This document shows positions 1 through 12,900 of a stretch of DNA of 42,128 nucleotides, piece after piece. The position numbers and the translations under genes are program-made. The number at the start of each line of letters is the position of its first letter. Position 1 is the stretch's first letter. This stretch comes from Rotaria socialis (taxonomy: Eukaryota), in assembly GCA_905331295.1 (NCBI GenBank), contig CAJNYD010000550.1:174606-216733 (forward strand), given 5' to 3'. A model generated the notes under the pieces. That model made no database searches, was not told where the DNA came from, and was given only the letters and a program-made list of their open reading frames with translations.

Positions 1-40
1 AAACATAGTCGGTATACATTGAAGCTGAAGATCTATCAAT

Positions 41-355
41 TTTTTTTTGATTATGCGTATTTTATTCGTGACATCCATATATATATTTTTTTTTTTTCGT
101 TTTTTATACAATTTTTGCGGACGCTTACGAAAATAGGCACAAGAAACAGCGAAAGAATCACATGGAAGAGAAAACGAATAGAATATAATCGAAATCGAAA
201 CAGTGGTGACGCAATTGGCGTGCATTGCTGTTCTCCCTTTTTGTTTATTCTTCCGATACCGTATATCTTGTAAACGATGACACCGTGCCGGTGCAAGGAA
301 TCAAACCTTCTGATATCTAACTTAGACACATAGAACCCCTACGTCATCCCCGACA
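41..355 (-). mobile_element. tRNA-derived SINE-like retroposon (315 bp) with A-tail and 14-bp target-site duplication
   Basis: GAAGATCTATCAAT is repeated exactly at 27-40 and 356-369. On the minus strand, 355-286 is tRNA-like: acceptor-like pairing GTCGGGG/CACCGGC-A, A-box-like TGACGTAGGGGT, and B-box-like GGTTTGATTCC inside an AAGG/CCTT stem. The element ends in an A8 run (T-run 41-48 on +). Confidence 0.78.
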
Positions 356-3197
356 GAAGATCTATCAATGAGTAGCGTATAGCACAATGCATTCTTATTG
401 ATTGCTCACTGTGGGAAGTCATATAGTTACTTCAAATGATTTAGGTACGAAGGGTAAGGTTCATAAAGATAGTGACGCGCCAGTTAACGACACATAGACA
501 TTGATGGGTTTTTTTTATGATCGATAGATGTAATTTTATTTTATAGTAGTCTACCGTAATGAAAGATTGACTTTGATTTAGCTACATTAGAAGACGAGAG
601 TATTGTCATTTCTGTATATTTTCATCTATTCATCTTCAAGGGAAAAGAATAGATACTAACTTTTATCGTTTAATTAAAACATAGAGTTAGAATAAAGTAA
701 TATTACATAGAGAACGAGTAAATAGTTATAAAACATTACAACATAGGAAGAGCATAGAATAAAATTCGATTGTTTCTTTTTCTTTTTTAGATACTTCGCA
801 ATAAACTTGTTCGTATTGTATACTGAAATATCCTGGTATTCCTTATTTAATAAAAATTCTTCAAGTAAGTAGAACACAGACAACATAATACTCATTGCCA
901 AATCAAATCTGTTTCGTCTCAAAATTGACTTTTTTTTGTTTTTAATATACTCAAGTAAAACATCAAAACGTTCGATCTCACTCCAGCTGCATCCAGCTGA
1001 GGCAAACTGTGATATTATTGATTACTCCATGAGTATCTTTACTTTTCTTATATATCCAAGGACATCCCGACTTTCCGGTATCGAATCATTTATAGTAATA
1101 CGATATGATTTTGTTTGCTACTGTTTGATAGCATCAGTTCACGTTAGAATACGAGCAATGCAGCTATGTTTTTAAAGCTTCACAAACCGCGACTAATGCA
1201 TCGAACTCAATCTCTTAGACAATGGTGTGTATTAGTCTAGTATAATTGTTACAAATTGAGTTCTATAGTGTAGTGACATTTTTTACAACGTCAAACAACA
1301 ATAGAATAATACAAATACTCTGCTGTTTTAATAATGCAAAAATATCGAGTCAGTCGAACTTTATTAAGATGCGGGGAGACCGTATTATTGTAACTGTAAT
1401 TGTTTCGTGACCTCTTACTGCTCGGCGATTTGAAAGAGAGTAAAGTTGAACCTGAGACGAGGCTCATTTAATTGCTTGACACATTCCGTTCTTTCTTTCT
1501 ATGCAAACAACTACGTAGCATACCCTGTGGTATTTTTTGTAGAAAAAAAAGCAGTTTGTAATGAATACAATTCGAAGAAAGAAATTTATAACGAAGCAAA
1601 TCGTCTAGTATATTACATTACACTTTACGCAAACCTAAAAATCAAAATCATATTTTTATTGTATGATGATCAGTTTGATAATTAATGCATTGAATGTGCA
1701 AACCTAAAGACGAAGAATATCTAAAGAAGCAAAGGAAATGAGTGTACTTTTTAATTAAATATTCAATTCAGATTACATTGTAATGGTCCGCCATAAGTCC
1801 TCGCATATGGTTATTTTCATACTAATCCTCAATAGGTTTTTTTTCTCGATGGTTGTATCGAATTTATGCTCTTCAAGCATCTAATTCATATAGATAAAAG
1901 AATATATACACCACTTGCGATTATTTAATCCTATTTTGAGTGTTTACGGGATTTTATAGAAACAGGATACGTCAAAACGCCATCGTAAAAACATTCGATC
2001 AAACGAATCTTGATCAAAATTAATTGAAACATTTATTATGAGAATCATTTTCAACGTTAATTATCCTTCATAAAATAAAAGTTATTGTAAGATTTCGAAT
2101 TCGTCTTTCTCTGTTGAAAATATATTGAATCAAGCACATAGTCACGGTTTCACAGCAGTACAACTAAAAAATAACAGCTGGGATTTTGTACCAATACAAC
2201 TATCAGAAAAGAAACAGAACAATAATCGTATTTTATCGCTATTTCTTAATCTTTTCGTAACAAAAAAAAACCATAATCACAGCTGCGGACTACACGTCAT
2301 TTCATAAAAATGTCAAATTTGCTCTCAATGTCACATCCGATTAGGTAGATTGATAGAATTTATAACACTATAATACGAATAAAAAAGAATACCCATATCG
2401 CATGTGTGTTGATAGTAGTACGAAAAAAAAAATGATACGATCAAATCATCTATTTAAAAACATGCTTACTCCATTTGATATGAATGGTTGTTTTTTTCCC
2501 ATTAATGTAAAAAACCAATACTTATTCGAAAGTATGAGCTGATGTATTTGCATTTGTTATAAAATAGTTCAAGACACTTTTTATGTAGACTGACAGTAAT
2601 GTGTTGCATATATGAGACATTTGATCATCGTTCAACTAGCATCATAATTATAAAATTTCCATTTGACGAAAAAATTACATGGTTGAGTTCTCATTGTGTA
2701 TTCTTCAGATGTGGTGCCCTGTCAATGCCTAACCGTTACATACATTAGAATATAAAAATCCCTGAAGCAATATTTTCTATTTGATTAGCTGTTCGCTGTC
2801 AGTTGTATTTATCTATCGATGATTTCTCTCAACACGATGCATTCCTGTGCATCTGCTGTCATTCAAGTCGAGTAACGAGCAGACACATGGTAAGATATCT
2901 TACGGTATTTCGGTGTTAGAAAAGAGACAGAAAAAACAGAACGCGTGATCGTGAGTAAGGGTAACAAATATTTAATCAAGTAACGCCGATAAATTCTACT
3001 GATCTTTTATTTTATCATGTGAATGTGCAAAAACCTGTTTAAATAAAGAGATATGTGTAATATTAGTTATAGACCATGATACATTTCAACAACAATCGGT
3101 TGCAATCGTCACGATCTAACATGTATTCAAGAGAACAAATTAGATAATTAGATATAGACATACTCTTTATTTGATATTTATCGAATATTATTCTTAA

Positions 3198-4530
3198 ATG
3201 CATTTTTCACATCCGAAATCGGCCATTCGACTTTTGTGGCGGCGACAAGTTTTCCGCTTACGACGAACATCGCCTATATGGTTTGTGATCGTAGGCATCT
3301 GTAGTTTATTTCTCATCATTAATGTGCCTAATCCATTTTCTGCTCGATATAATCGAGTTCCAATCGATCAAGATGTTCAATGGAACAACGTCAAAGAAAT
3401 ATTACAACTTAAAGCACATGTAAGTCATCATAATTAGATTTTATTTAACTAATTTAATTGTTAAGATTTTTCGAAATGTAACATGGTCAAACAATATCAA
3501 GATTATCCAACAGGGCACTGCACAGCAAGAGACTAGCTCTATTATTCTCATTGTTCTTTATACGACAGTATTTCGTGCTGAAAAATTTTGTACACTTTCC
3601 GGTGAACGTATTTTTGGTGAGTCATGTCCATCAAAACATCGTTGTCAATGGTCATGTGATCCTACACGATTCCGTGAAGCTGATGCATTGATATTTCATG
3701 CCTATGATATTCCATTTGCTCGACCTTCGATACCGGATCGTTCCGAAACAAAGCCTAATTCTGTTTGGATTCTATGGTCAGATGAACCTCCTTCGATCAT
3801 TAATTATGCTCTATTTAATAAATATAATTTTAATTGGACAATAAGTTATAAATTCGATAGTGAAATATCCATTGCGACCTATGGTTTATTTAGTAAACGA
3901 GACAAAGCACTATCAAATAATGAATATCAGCAATGGATTAGGAAAGAATTTTCTAATCGAGAAAATGGTGCATTATGGTTTGTTTCAAATTGTAAATCAA
4001 AAAAACGCTTAGAATTATTTCATAATTTAAAAAAAGCATCAAAAGTATTAGTTGAAGGCTATGGCCGTTGTGTGGATTATTATCCATTGCATTTATGCGG
4101 TGGATCGACTCGTTGCGAATATGATTATATGGCAAATTTTAAATTCTATCTAAGTTTCGAATCTAATACTTGCCGAGATTATATAACTGAAAAATTCTAC
4201 AAAGCATTCTATCATGGTCTTATACCAATTGCTTATGGGCCAGATAAAAGTGATTATGATCGTTTTGCGCCGAGCAATTCATTTCTGCATATTGATGATT
4301 TCGACAAAGACATGAGTCAACTTGCGACGCATTTAGAAGAAGTTCATTCGAATATAACTTTATTTTCAACGTATCATGAATGGAGAAAAAACTATGAAGT
4401 TATTATTGATGGTAAAGCACTCGAGCGTGTACGTATGTGCGAATTATGTCAACGGTTAATGGATGTAAGAAAAAATGAAATGATTTATTATAAAGATCTC
4501 GAACGATTTTATACGGACAAATGTGATTAA
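3198..4530 (+). CDS. alpha-1,3/4-fucosyltransferase (GT10), type II membrane protein, 428 aa; exons 3198-3419 and 3466-4530
   Basis: N-terminal TM segment IWFVIVGICSLFLII. A phase-0 GTAAGT..TTAAG intron (3420-3465) joins ORF 3198 to the frame of ORF 3688. GT10 motifs ADALIFH, FNWTISY, WFVSNC, FKFYLSFESNTCRDYITEKF, APSNSFLHIDDF, YHEWR and CELC. Confidence 0.93.
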
Positions 4531-4683
4531 ATATGATCAGTGAACAATTTCTGTTTTACTTTTATTTTTTATTGTGTTATAAAAGAAATGATTGTTATTC
4601 AAAGCTGTTTTTTTTTGTTTTGCTTTTCTCTCATTTTGTTACTCTCATATGAATTTCATTTACAAACAAGCTACTGTTTACAC

Positions 4684-5464
4684 TAGTGTACTGCGTGATT
4701 GATATCCTTACTCACGATCACGATCACGAAAAATATATGCAATCACGCACGATTACGATCACGCGTGATCGTGATCGCGATCGTGAATCTAGTGATCATG
4801 TAGTGCCCTAATTCAGCTATAAAAGAAAAATATTTTATTGATTGGTCGTGTCATCTATATAATATATTCTATTGGGTATAGTTAAAGGCTTCGACTTGAA
4901 AAGAAAGAATATCAACAGCAAAGTTTCGTTTGCTTTCTTTATATTCATTCTATGAAAATACTTTGACGATGTAAAAAAACCTTTAACTTGTTTTAGATTC
5001 TAGAATGTGTACCACTGATGCTCTTAAATTCAATAAAACAGATTTAGCACGATTGATTATAGAAAAACCTATATCTATATCATATAAAAACCAAAAAAAT
5101 GGAAATATACTTGACAANCATGTGCTGCATCGTTGAGTTGTATCACGTAGTATATATGGTATCAATATGAGACCTAGTTGACGATCTATAAGAGAGAAAT
5201 CGAAAAAAAACTTTGCTTCGTTACTTATGTGCCACCTTGTATTTAATCAGGTTATGTATTTTACTTGTTTTTTATTGCTACAAGCAGCAAATGAACTGTC
5301 AGATTTTACAATTTAATATGAACATTGACCTTTTCAATAAATATTTGAAATTTTGAACGTATATAATAGTCGTGAAATATCAACTTTTAATTTCGATCAC
5401 GATCACGATCACGATCACGAAAAAACCTTCTAATCACGCACGATCACGATCACGCAGTACACTA
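4684..5464. mobile_element. hAT-type non-autonomous DNA transposon with 16-bp perfect TIR and 8-bp TSD
   Basis: TIR TAGTGTACTGCGTGAT / ATCACGCAGTACACTA. TSD GTTTACAC at 4676-4683 and 5465-5472. Subterminal GATCAC arrays at both ends. An N at 5118 means the true length may differ. Confidence 0.9.
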
Positions 5465-5928
5465 GTTTACACATATATGATTAATGAAGTCAAGCTTGAT
5501 ACAGTTTTGTTTTTATATATTAGAGTTAGGATTTAACAACATATGTACAGCTTCAAGCTTTCAAAGTATTCATATGTTATCAATATGAAATATCTTATGA
5601 GTAATAATACATCACACAAAAAATTCGGAATCGGCAACAAAATCAATTTTGCTTTGCTTTTCATAGAGAATTGAGTTTATTGTCTAAATTTTAGCGAAGT
5701 AGAGAAGAATATCAACTTGATGATGAGTATCTGTATTTAAATATTCGTTTTTAAATTTGATTGTTACTGGAAATATTTTCATAAATATTACTGTGAGAAC
5801 AGAATTTCTAACATTTATATCAAATTTCAAGTTGACTTATTGACTATTGTTGAACAGCTAAATAAAAACTTGATTTCGAAACAGTGGGTACGTCGAACCC
5901 CAAGTCATTCTAGACTATTTGATCGAAT

Positions 5929-6133
5929 GGTATAAAATTGACCGAAAGAAAAAACATCGAAAGTAAAAAATGTCGAAAATGCTATAGATAGAGTGTAAAC
6001 CTAGTTTTTCAGCAATCTTCTATGGATAATCTGTAGGAGTATCCAGCGTTGTAATTTTAAATGGATAGCGTATGCTCAAACTCGATTTATAGAACTTTCG
6101 ACGTTTTTTCTTTCTGCCAATTCTATGCATACC
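5929..6133. mobile_element. Small MULE-like MITE with long imperfect TIRs (TCGAAA-motif family)
   Basis: Left GGTATAAAATTGACCGAAAGAAAAAACATCGAAAGT is an imperfect inverted match to right ACTTTCGACGTTTTTTCTTTCTGCCAATTCTATGCATACC. The inverted similarity extends to about 5920/6142. No clean TSD. Confidence 0.6.
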
Positions 6134-6974
6134 ATTTGATCACGTCGTAGTACTCCTGGAATTAATATAGCCTCGATCTATCACTTATTCAGGACAGGAA
6201 GAAGATTCCTCGTTGACTATAGACTATTTGTGTATTAACACACGAAAATCGGATATTACTTCATGGGCTGTTTTTAGAACTGAAGAGTCAATATAATAAT
6301 ATGAATATGTCTATCTTTTTCAGCTCGTATTATTTATTTAAAGCTTTGCTGTGCTAAACGATCAATAGTTCTCGAGGAAGCCAATAAAGATATTTCTATC
6401 CAGAACTGAAAGTGAATGCCTTGTATCATAGTAGATTAGTATTAAAACTAAAATTTTCAGAAAAAAGCTCGATGAAAATATTGCATTATTGAGTTGTCAG
6501 TTATGTTTAGTAAAATTACGAGTAAATGTTTTTACTCTGCCGGAACGAAATGAACTTAGAAAAGAAAAAAACAGCACATCATTTGATGTATAATTGTAAT
6601 ACTAGAAATGACGCGTCTAATTGAAACATTGATTAAATCAAGAAAAATCATAGGTCGTTTGCAAGATATTCAAGATTTGTTTTCTTATTGAAACAAGTTA
6701 GAATAATGCAATTAGTCAATTATTATAGCCGATTGAAATCATTGACAGTAAGAATCCACAATTGAATCAGTGTCTAGTCCATCGGAATGCCAAGTAAAAC
6801 ATCGCTTCTAGTTTTTCTCAGTGCACACGCGAAATATACACTTCCAAAGTTCAACTAATTCGATAGACATTTTTGTTTTAAATCAATTATGAAACAAAAA
6901 AGAGAGAAAAATAATAATATTTATATAGGATATTATTTAAGAATTACAAAACAAAAAGAAAATAATGAACCTAT

Positions 6975-9900
6975 CTAGCCATTTACTGTTGATATAAGGT
7001 CTGTTTCAAGCATGTCATCTAGTCGAGTTTCATCAAGTAACACTAAACCATCGAATAACGGTTCAAAATTTTGCAATGATGCATGATTATCTTTAGCAAC
7101 TGCTGAATGTTCCGAATTTCGGCTATTCTTAAAAATACTAAATGAATTGTGATATGCTTGTCGTCGTAGAGTTTTCGAAGCTGATGACGAGGCGAAATGG
7201 TGAATATCTTGCGATGGAATTGAATAACGACTATCACTAGCTGCTTCCGGCCAAGATATTCGTCCCAGCTGAACTTTATTAAATAAACATAAGCTTACGG
7301 CACGAGCAACGCGTCCTGGTTGTAATGAACTGAATTTATAATATGAAATATGAAAATATTTGAACAGTATATTAAACAAACTTACGCATTGCTTGTGATA
7401 AATTGTAAGTGACATTCATCACCGGAAGAAGAATCTTCTTCTTTTTCTTCTTCTTCGTCGTCGTCGTCGTCGTCATCCTCATCATCTTCTTCGTCAGCTC
7501 CGTCATTACATACAATAAGACGTTCCATTTCAAATGGTTCAGTAACTGAAAATACAAGACAATATTAAACTTGTAAAAGATTTAAAAATCCAATAGCCGT
7601 TATCAATCGTAATTAAATTAAAGTGACTTACCAGTAGTAATTCTATTTTCCACTCGTGGACCATTCAATTGATCGAACAATCGATTCAAAGTTTCTTCTT
7701 GCTATTTACACAGAAAAAAAAGTATTTAGTAATGGAATTACCAAAAAATTCTTTTTTTGCAAATTTCAGAAATCCTAGAGACAAGTTAAATCTCTATTCG
7801 AAAGCAATGTAAAAAATCTATGTTTTCTAATAAAACTGAATGAATCATTTTTACCATAGATAGAACTAATTTTAAGTCTTGATTATCAGATAAAATTGCA
7901 TTCAAATGTTGCATCGTCAATACAATAGGACGACCTTGGTTCGGATGTAAACGATTTGTAACTTTTGGTTGTCTTTTTTTTGAATGTGGATCACGATAAA
8001 CTTCAATAATCTAAATAGAAATAATTCTTTCATTTCTTGGAGTTTAAATCTCAAAATTTACCTTGGGCACAAATACCAAACATACAGTGGCTGTTGTACA
8101 AATAACAATAAAAAATGATCTAAGAAAATATGAAAACTGCATCTGTTCAGATGGTATAAATATAACCAAGGAGCCAAGTGTACAACAAATAAACACAATA
8201 TATACACTTAAACCGATATAACGTGAATCATTTAATGCCGGCATTGTAACATGACGGGTTTTCCATGATAGAAATGAGCCGTAGAACTAACAAATTTAAT
8301 CAATTGAAAACTGAGAATAAGGTTTATGATGAAAACTTTTTCTTACCATTAATAAACCTTTATTTAAAACTAAAACAACAAACCATAAACTCATATTTTT
8401 ACTTTTACATTCTTCGCGATATGGAATTATTTCTATATCTTGATTGTCCTTACAGACGAAAAACAAAAGTTATTTTAATTAAGGAAAGCAAAAAACTACG
8501 CCAATACTTTTAATCGATGTGGTGCAGAATAAACAAGTACTCGACGTATAGGGTCTAATATTTGCCATACGATTAAAAATATCAAATCGATAGTTAGTAG
8601 AACACCAACAATTGCAAGTAACCGGGAATCATGAATACCCTAAATACGATCTTCGTCAAGAAATTCTGTTTTTAAATAAAAATATCTTTCTACTCGTTTC
8701 GTCGTATTAATATTTGTAAAAATTGAATGTACGCGCCAAGTTTTACTGAACATCGATCCAAAAGCTAATGTAAAACTAATACATAGAATCCAGACTCGAG
8801 TCTTCAAAAAGAAAAAAGAAAACATCTCTATAATTTCTATGCAATTATTTAACTGACCGGACAAAAAATGTTCATAATTGTTCCGACATACGATTTTTCT
8901 CGAAACAACGATGAATTAATACCCATTAAAATCATACTAATATAAGCCAACATACATCCACATAATATTATATTATTTAATGTTGGACTTGACATACGAA
9001 TGTATCTAAAGGACATAGACTTAATTCAAACACTCTACATCATTCAGTATGTGCTTTATTTTTACCGATGTGATCGAAAATGAATATTAAAAGCAAGAAA
9101 TGCACATGACATGAATAAACCAATTCCGCTACATATTGATATCGATATAAATACAGAAGGATAGATATGCTCGAATTGTACTGTTTGATTAGTTCGATCT
9201 CGTGGTGGACCATTTCCTTGTGAAAAGAAAACCCAATTAGTGAAGTTAATCTCTGGAGGATTAAACTATGAAAAGCGATATTTCTATTGTTAATGATGAC
9301 AAGCAAATGCGGAACGGTCACAGACACACTAACCACGGGATCTACATTATTAACATAACTCACAAACTAATAGAAGCGGTTGTGACCAAGAAGAAACCAG
9401 TGAGTGACTTCTTTCTCTTGTTGTCACTCACCGAAACATTATTTTATTCTATCTAGTAGTTTGACAAGCAAATCTCTTCATTATAATGAGTTCTTTAGAA
9501 ATACACTAAGGACATAGTTCCTATGTGAGCTGTCATGATTTTTTATAATTCTAAATTTTGACTTTTCTTCTCATGAAAAAAATATTTTCGATCTAGAACA
9601 AACCATGCCACATAATTGGATTAAGTGTATATAAAATTGGTGGACCATCTTTTGATTCCGAATACGTGGCACGAAAAATTTTCACAACAGTTAAATGACA
9701 ATCTTCTTCTTCTTCATAACATGGAATTGTACATGTTTCATTATTCATCATTCGACAAGCTAAATAGTCAATGGAAATTATTTGATTTAAATTTGATTTA
9801 TTTTTCTTACCAACAAATTGCTCAACAAGAACTTCACCTATTCGACCACCATCTAAATACCTCACTCTGCCCTAAATTTGAGCATAATCGAAAAACTTTC

Positions 9901-12900
9901 ATTTGTCATGTCGAATTCACTTACAGTAGCACCAATAAAATCAATATCGTCAATTATATTTTTAAATACTTCAGTATTCGATTGATTACTCGTTAATTTT
10001 AATCGATAGAAATATGCTAAAGACCATATTGTATCATATGCATACGCATCGAAATAATCGTTTTCGAATTTCGAAAATGATTTTATATATTCTGAAACAA
10101 ATTCTGATCGATTCTAGAAACACAAAATCGATTGTATTTTCCGATAGAATTATTTATTGGATTTTTACTGCATTCTCGTCCATGGAAAATTGTGGTACAC
10201 GTGTTTGTAATGTACCATTCATTGCTCGAACGATTTCTTGCTGTGAACAATGAGTTGGCTCATTCCACCAAGGTGATGACGATGGATAACCAAGAATAAT
10301 CCATTGATAACGAGATCCATAAACTTGTTCACGAGCTGCCTATCTTTTGAAAACCAATAAGAAACTCTAATCAAATGTATCGGACATACCTGACAAAACA
10401 TATGTCTAGCAACTGTTTGATTGAAATTTGCAATAATTATTCGTACATCTCGAGTCTATGCGAAACAATGTTTTATTTCTTATTTTGAGATATTCAATGA
10501 ATGAAATATTACTTTAAAATCTTTTAATAATGTTTCAATATACCGTTCATTATTAGCCTGCCATATTGGCCCATGCCGATAAGCAAGACCACGTGTTAAA
10601 TTTACTTCAAATAGCTTTTTATCCATAGCAGTTAAATTTGAAAAATCATTTGCCACCTAAAAATGTTCCATAGAAGAAAATTTATTCGTTGTCGCCTAAC
10701 AGCTGAAGTCATTCAAGTGAATTTTTCTGACAGTTTTCTTCAACATCAACATTACATCAGACAGAATAGTAATAAGCTAATTGTATATGCACTTTTCTAT
10801 TTCCTGCCGTGATTGGGTCGATGCTGACCAATTTCCCATTAAGATATTTTTCTTTCAAAACTTCTTTTAAAAACAAATAAAGAGATACTTTGTTGTCCTT
10901 GGAATATGAATAAAAATCATTTCAATCTCAATGATTGATTACGCGATTATTTATTCGACATTTAATTCAGTCATATGGACATGAGTTAATTTTATTGAAG
11001 TATAAAATTAATAGTTTTCTCGTGTTTTTCGTCTTGCCATGGAGCTTTACAGTAACAAACTAATCTCGTCTTATGATAATCCTATTTTGCTTGTCGAATC
11101 TATTCTATTGAAATTATCGTGATAGAAAAGTAGTTTTAAAAGTAGAACATAATTGGAATATATTTTATTTTTCACTCAGTACAAGAACCATCGCTATCAT
11201 GCATGTTTTCAATAATGCCAAAGACTTTTCTATGCAAAAGCTTACTTTGATTTACTACAGTAATATACGGATGGAGCATTAAGATTATCTGGAATTTGGC
11301 CGAGAGTAAAAATGTCGAAAAATAAAAACTAAAGATATCGAAAGGAAAAATGTCGAAACTGAGGTGACACTTCCATACATCTTTTTTTTCTTTGCGAAAA
11401 TGAATCAGTCAGTAGACTTAATTAAAACAAAACGTTTATTATTAAAAGAAGACTAAAATGTTTTTGAGGATGATAGTTAATCCATCTTTAAATAATGTTC
11501 TATCTGTTTGATTAAAACTTCTTTCTTACCACAATTAAAGACAAACTTTTAAGGAGCTCACATGCTGTAGTGAGATAGTTATACCTTATTTATTCGAATT
11601 AATGAAATATCAATCATCGTTGATGATAGATATTTCATCAGAGGGCACTACCACTTTTATTTTGTTTCTCGAATAATGAATGATTGAAGATTGTTATTTT
11701 TTATTCTTCTTTATCTATTTCTTTGCACTGAATGAACAATAGTCTGATAGACGGACCATAAATTTACAGTAAGATAAGTCAATATTCGTCGTGAAATAAT
11801 GACATCTTCATTACATACTTTTCCAAACAGTCTTCATTTAAACTTCCCTTTTTTTTACAACAAAGTTTTATTTGAATGTTCTTATTTTCGACATTTTTAC
11901 TTTCGACCAAATTCAAGTTTACCATTAAGAAAGTAAATGCATACATTATCGTTACAATCTATTTTGAGTTGAGTCATACCCATAGAAATATCTAATGTAC
12001 TATTAAGTGCAAATTCATGGATATCTATATATATCTATAGTTGCACTTAGGGATTGTTTTTTTACTATAAACTATCCATATATGAAACCAATTAATTACA
12101 TTAATATTGTATTATTGAGAAAATTGATAGCAAAAACTCGAAACAATATATATGTGTTATATTCGCGTTACCTTCGGGGAAAAGGGACTTTTTTCTACCC
12201 CGTCAACCTCATAATTGTTTTCCGCTTGTCATATTGCCTGAACTTCCGATAAATAAAGCTATTAATCAGAGAACAGTAAAGTTCTCAACTATATTATTGT
12301 ATATATCAAGAAAGAAAAATTGTACTCGATATTATATTTTTCATAATATTTTCATAAAACTCATTTCATTGATTATCTTATTTAAAATAAAATAACTTAT
12401 GAAGCAACTGGAGACCGGTTCACTTGCATCGATGAAAACTTAAATAGAAACGGCTTTTTTATTCTTTCTCTTGTTCATGCTTACAAAAAGCTATGCCTAG
12501 AATTTTAGTTTTCTCTAAGTACATGACTACTGTATGTTTCTTTGTCTTTTAACTAACCAGAGTATATTTTGAACCATGTTGATAAATCAAACCAAACCGT
12601 GTCCAATTAAAATATTGTAATAATTGTTTACGCACTAAATTATGAGCGTGATCTGATGGTACAATATGATAAAAATATGGATAACGATCTTTAGCTAATA
12701 ATGAAAGATCACTATCGGTAAAGGAAATCTAAATAGAAATGATAAACTATTAAAATTTAATTCATTAGAATACATACAACAGGTAAACGAAAATAAGTCG
12801 CCGTTTCAGATATATAACTAAGCACAGTTTGACAAGCATCAGTAAATATAACACCCAATGATGATGATGATCGATTCATCATGTCAAAAAATGTTTTTAC

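Noticed and set aside
286..355. Functional tRNA gene
   Set aside because: The D and anticodon arms are degenerate, the T-loop is TTTGA, and it sits in a TSD-flanked, A-tailed unit, so it is better read as a SINE head.
3198..4530. Bacterial horizontal origin of the fucosyltransferase
   Set aside because: Type II TM anchor, spliceosomal intron and animal-type motifs; nothing visible supports HGT, though no phylogeny was run.
4700..5460. GATCAC arrays (and CAGGAC/AAGTA arrays elsewhere) as CRISPR-like repeats
   Set aside because: No constant repeat with unique equal-length spacers and no cas genes; eukaryotic TE subterminal repeats explain them.
7181..7200. CTGATGACGAGGCGAAA, similar to a hammerhead core
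   Set aside because: Antisense to coding sequence, and stems I and III do not form; treated as chance.
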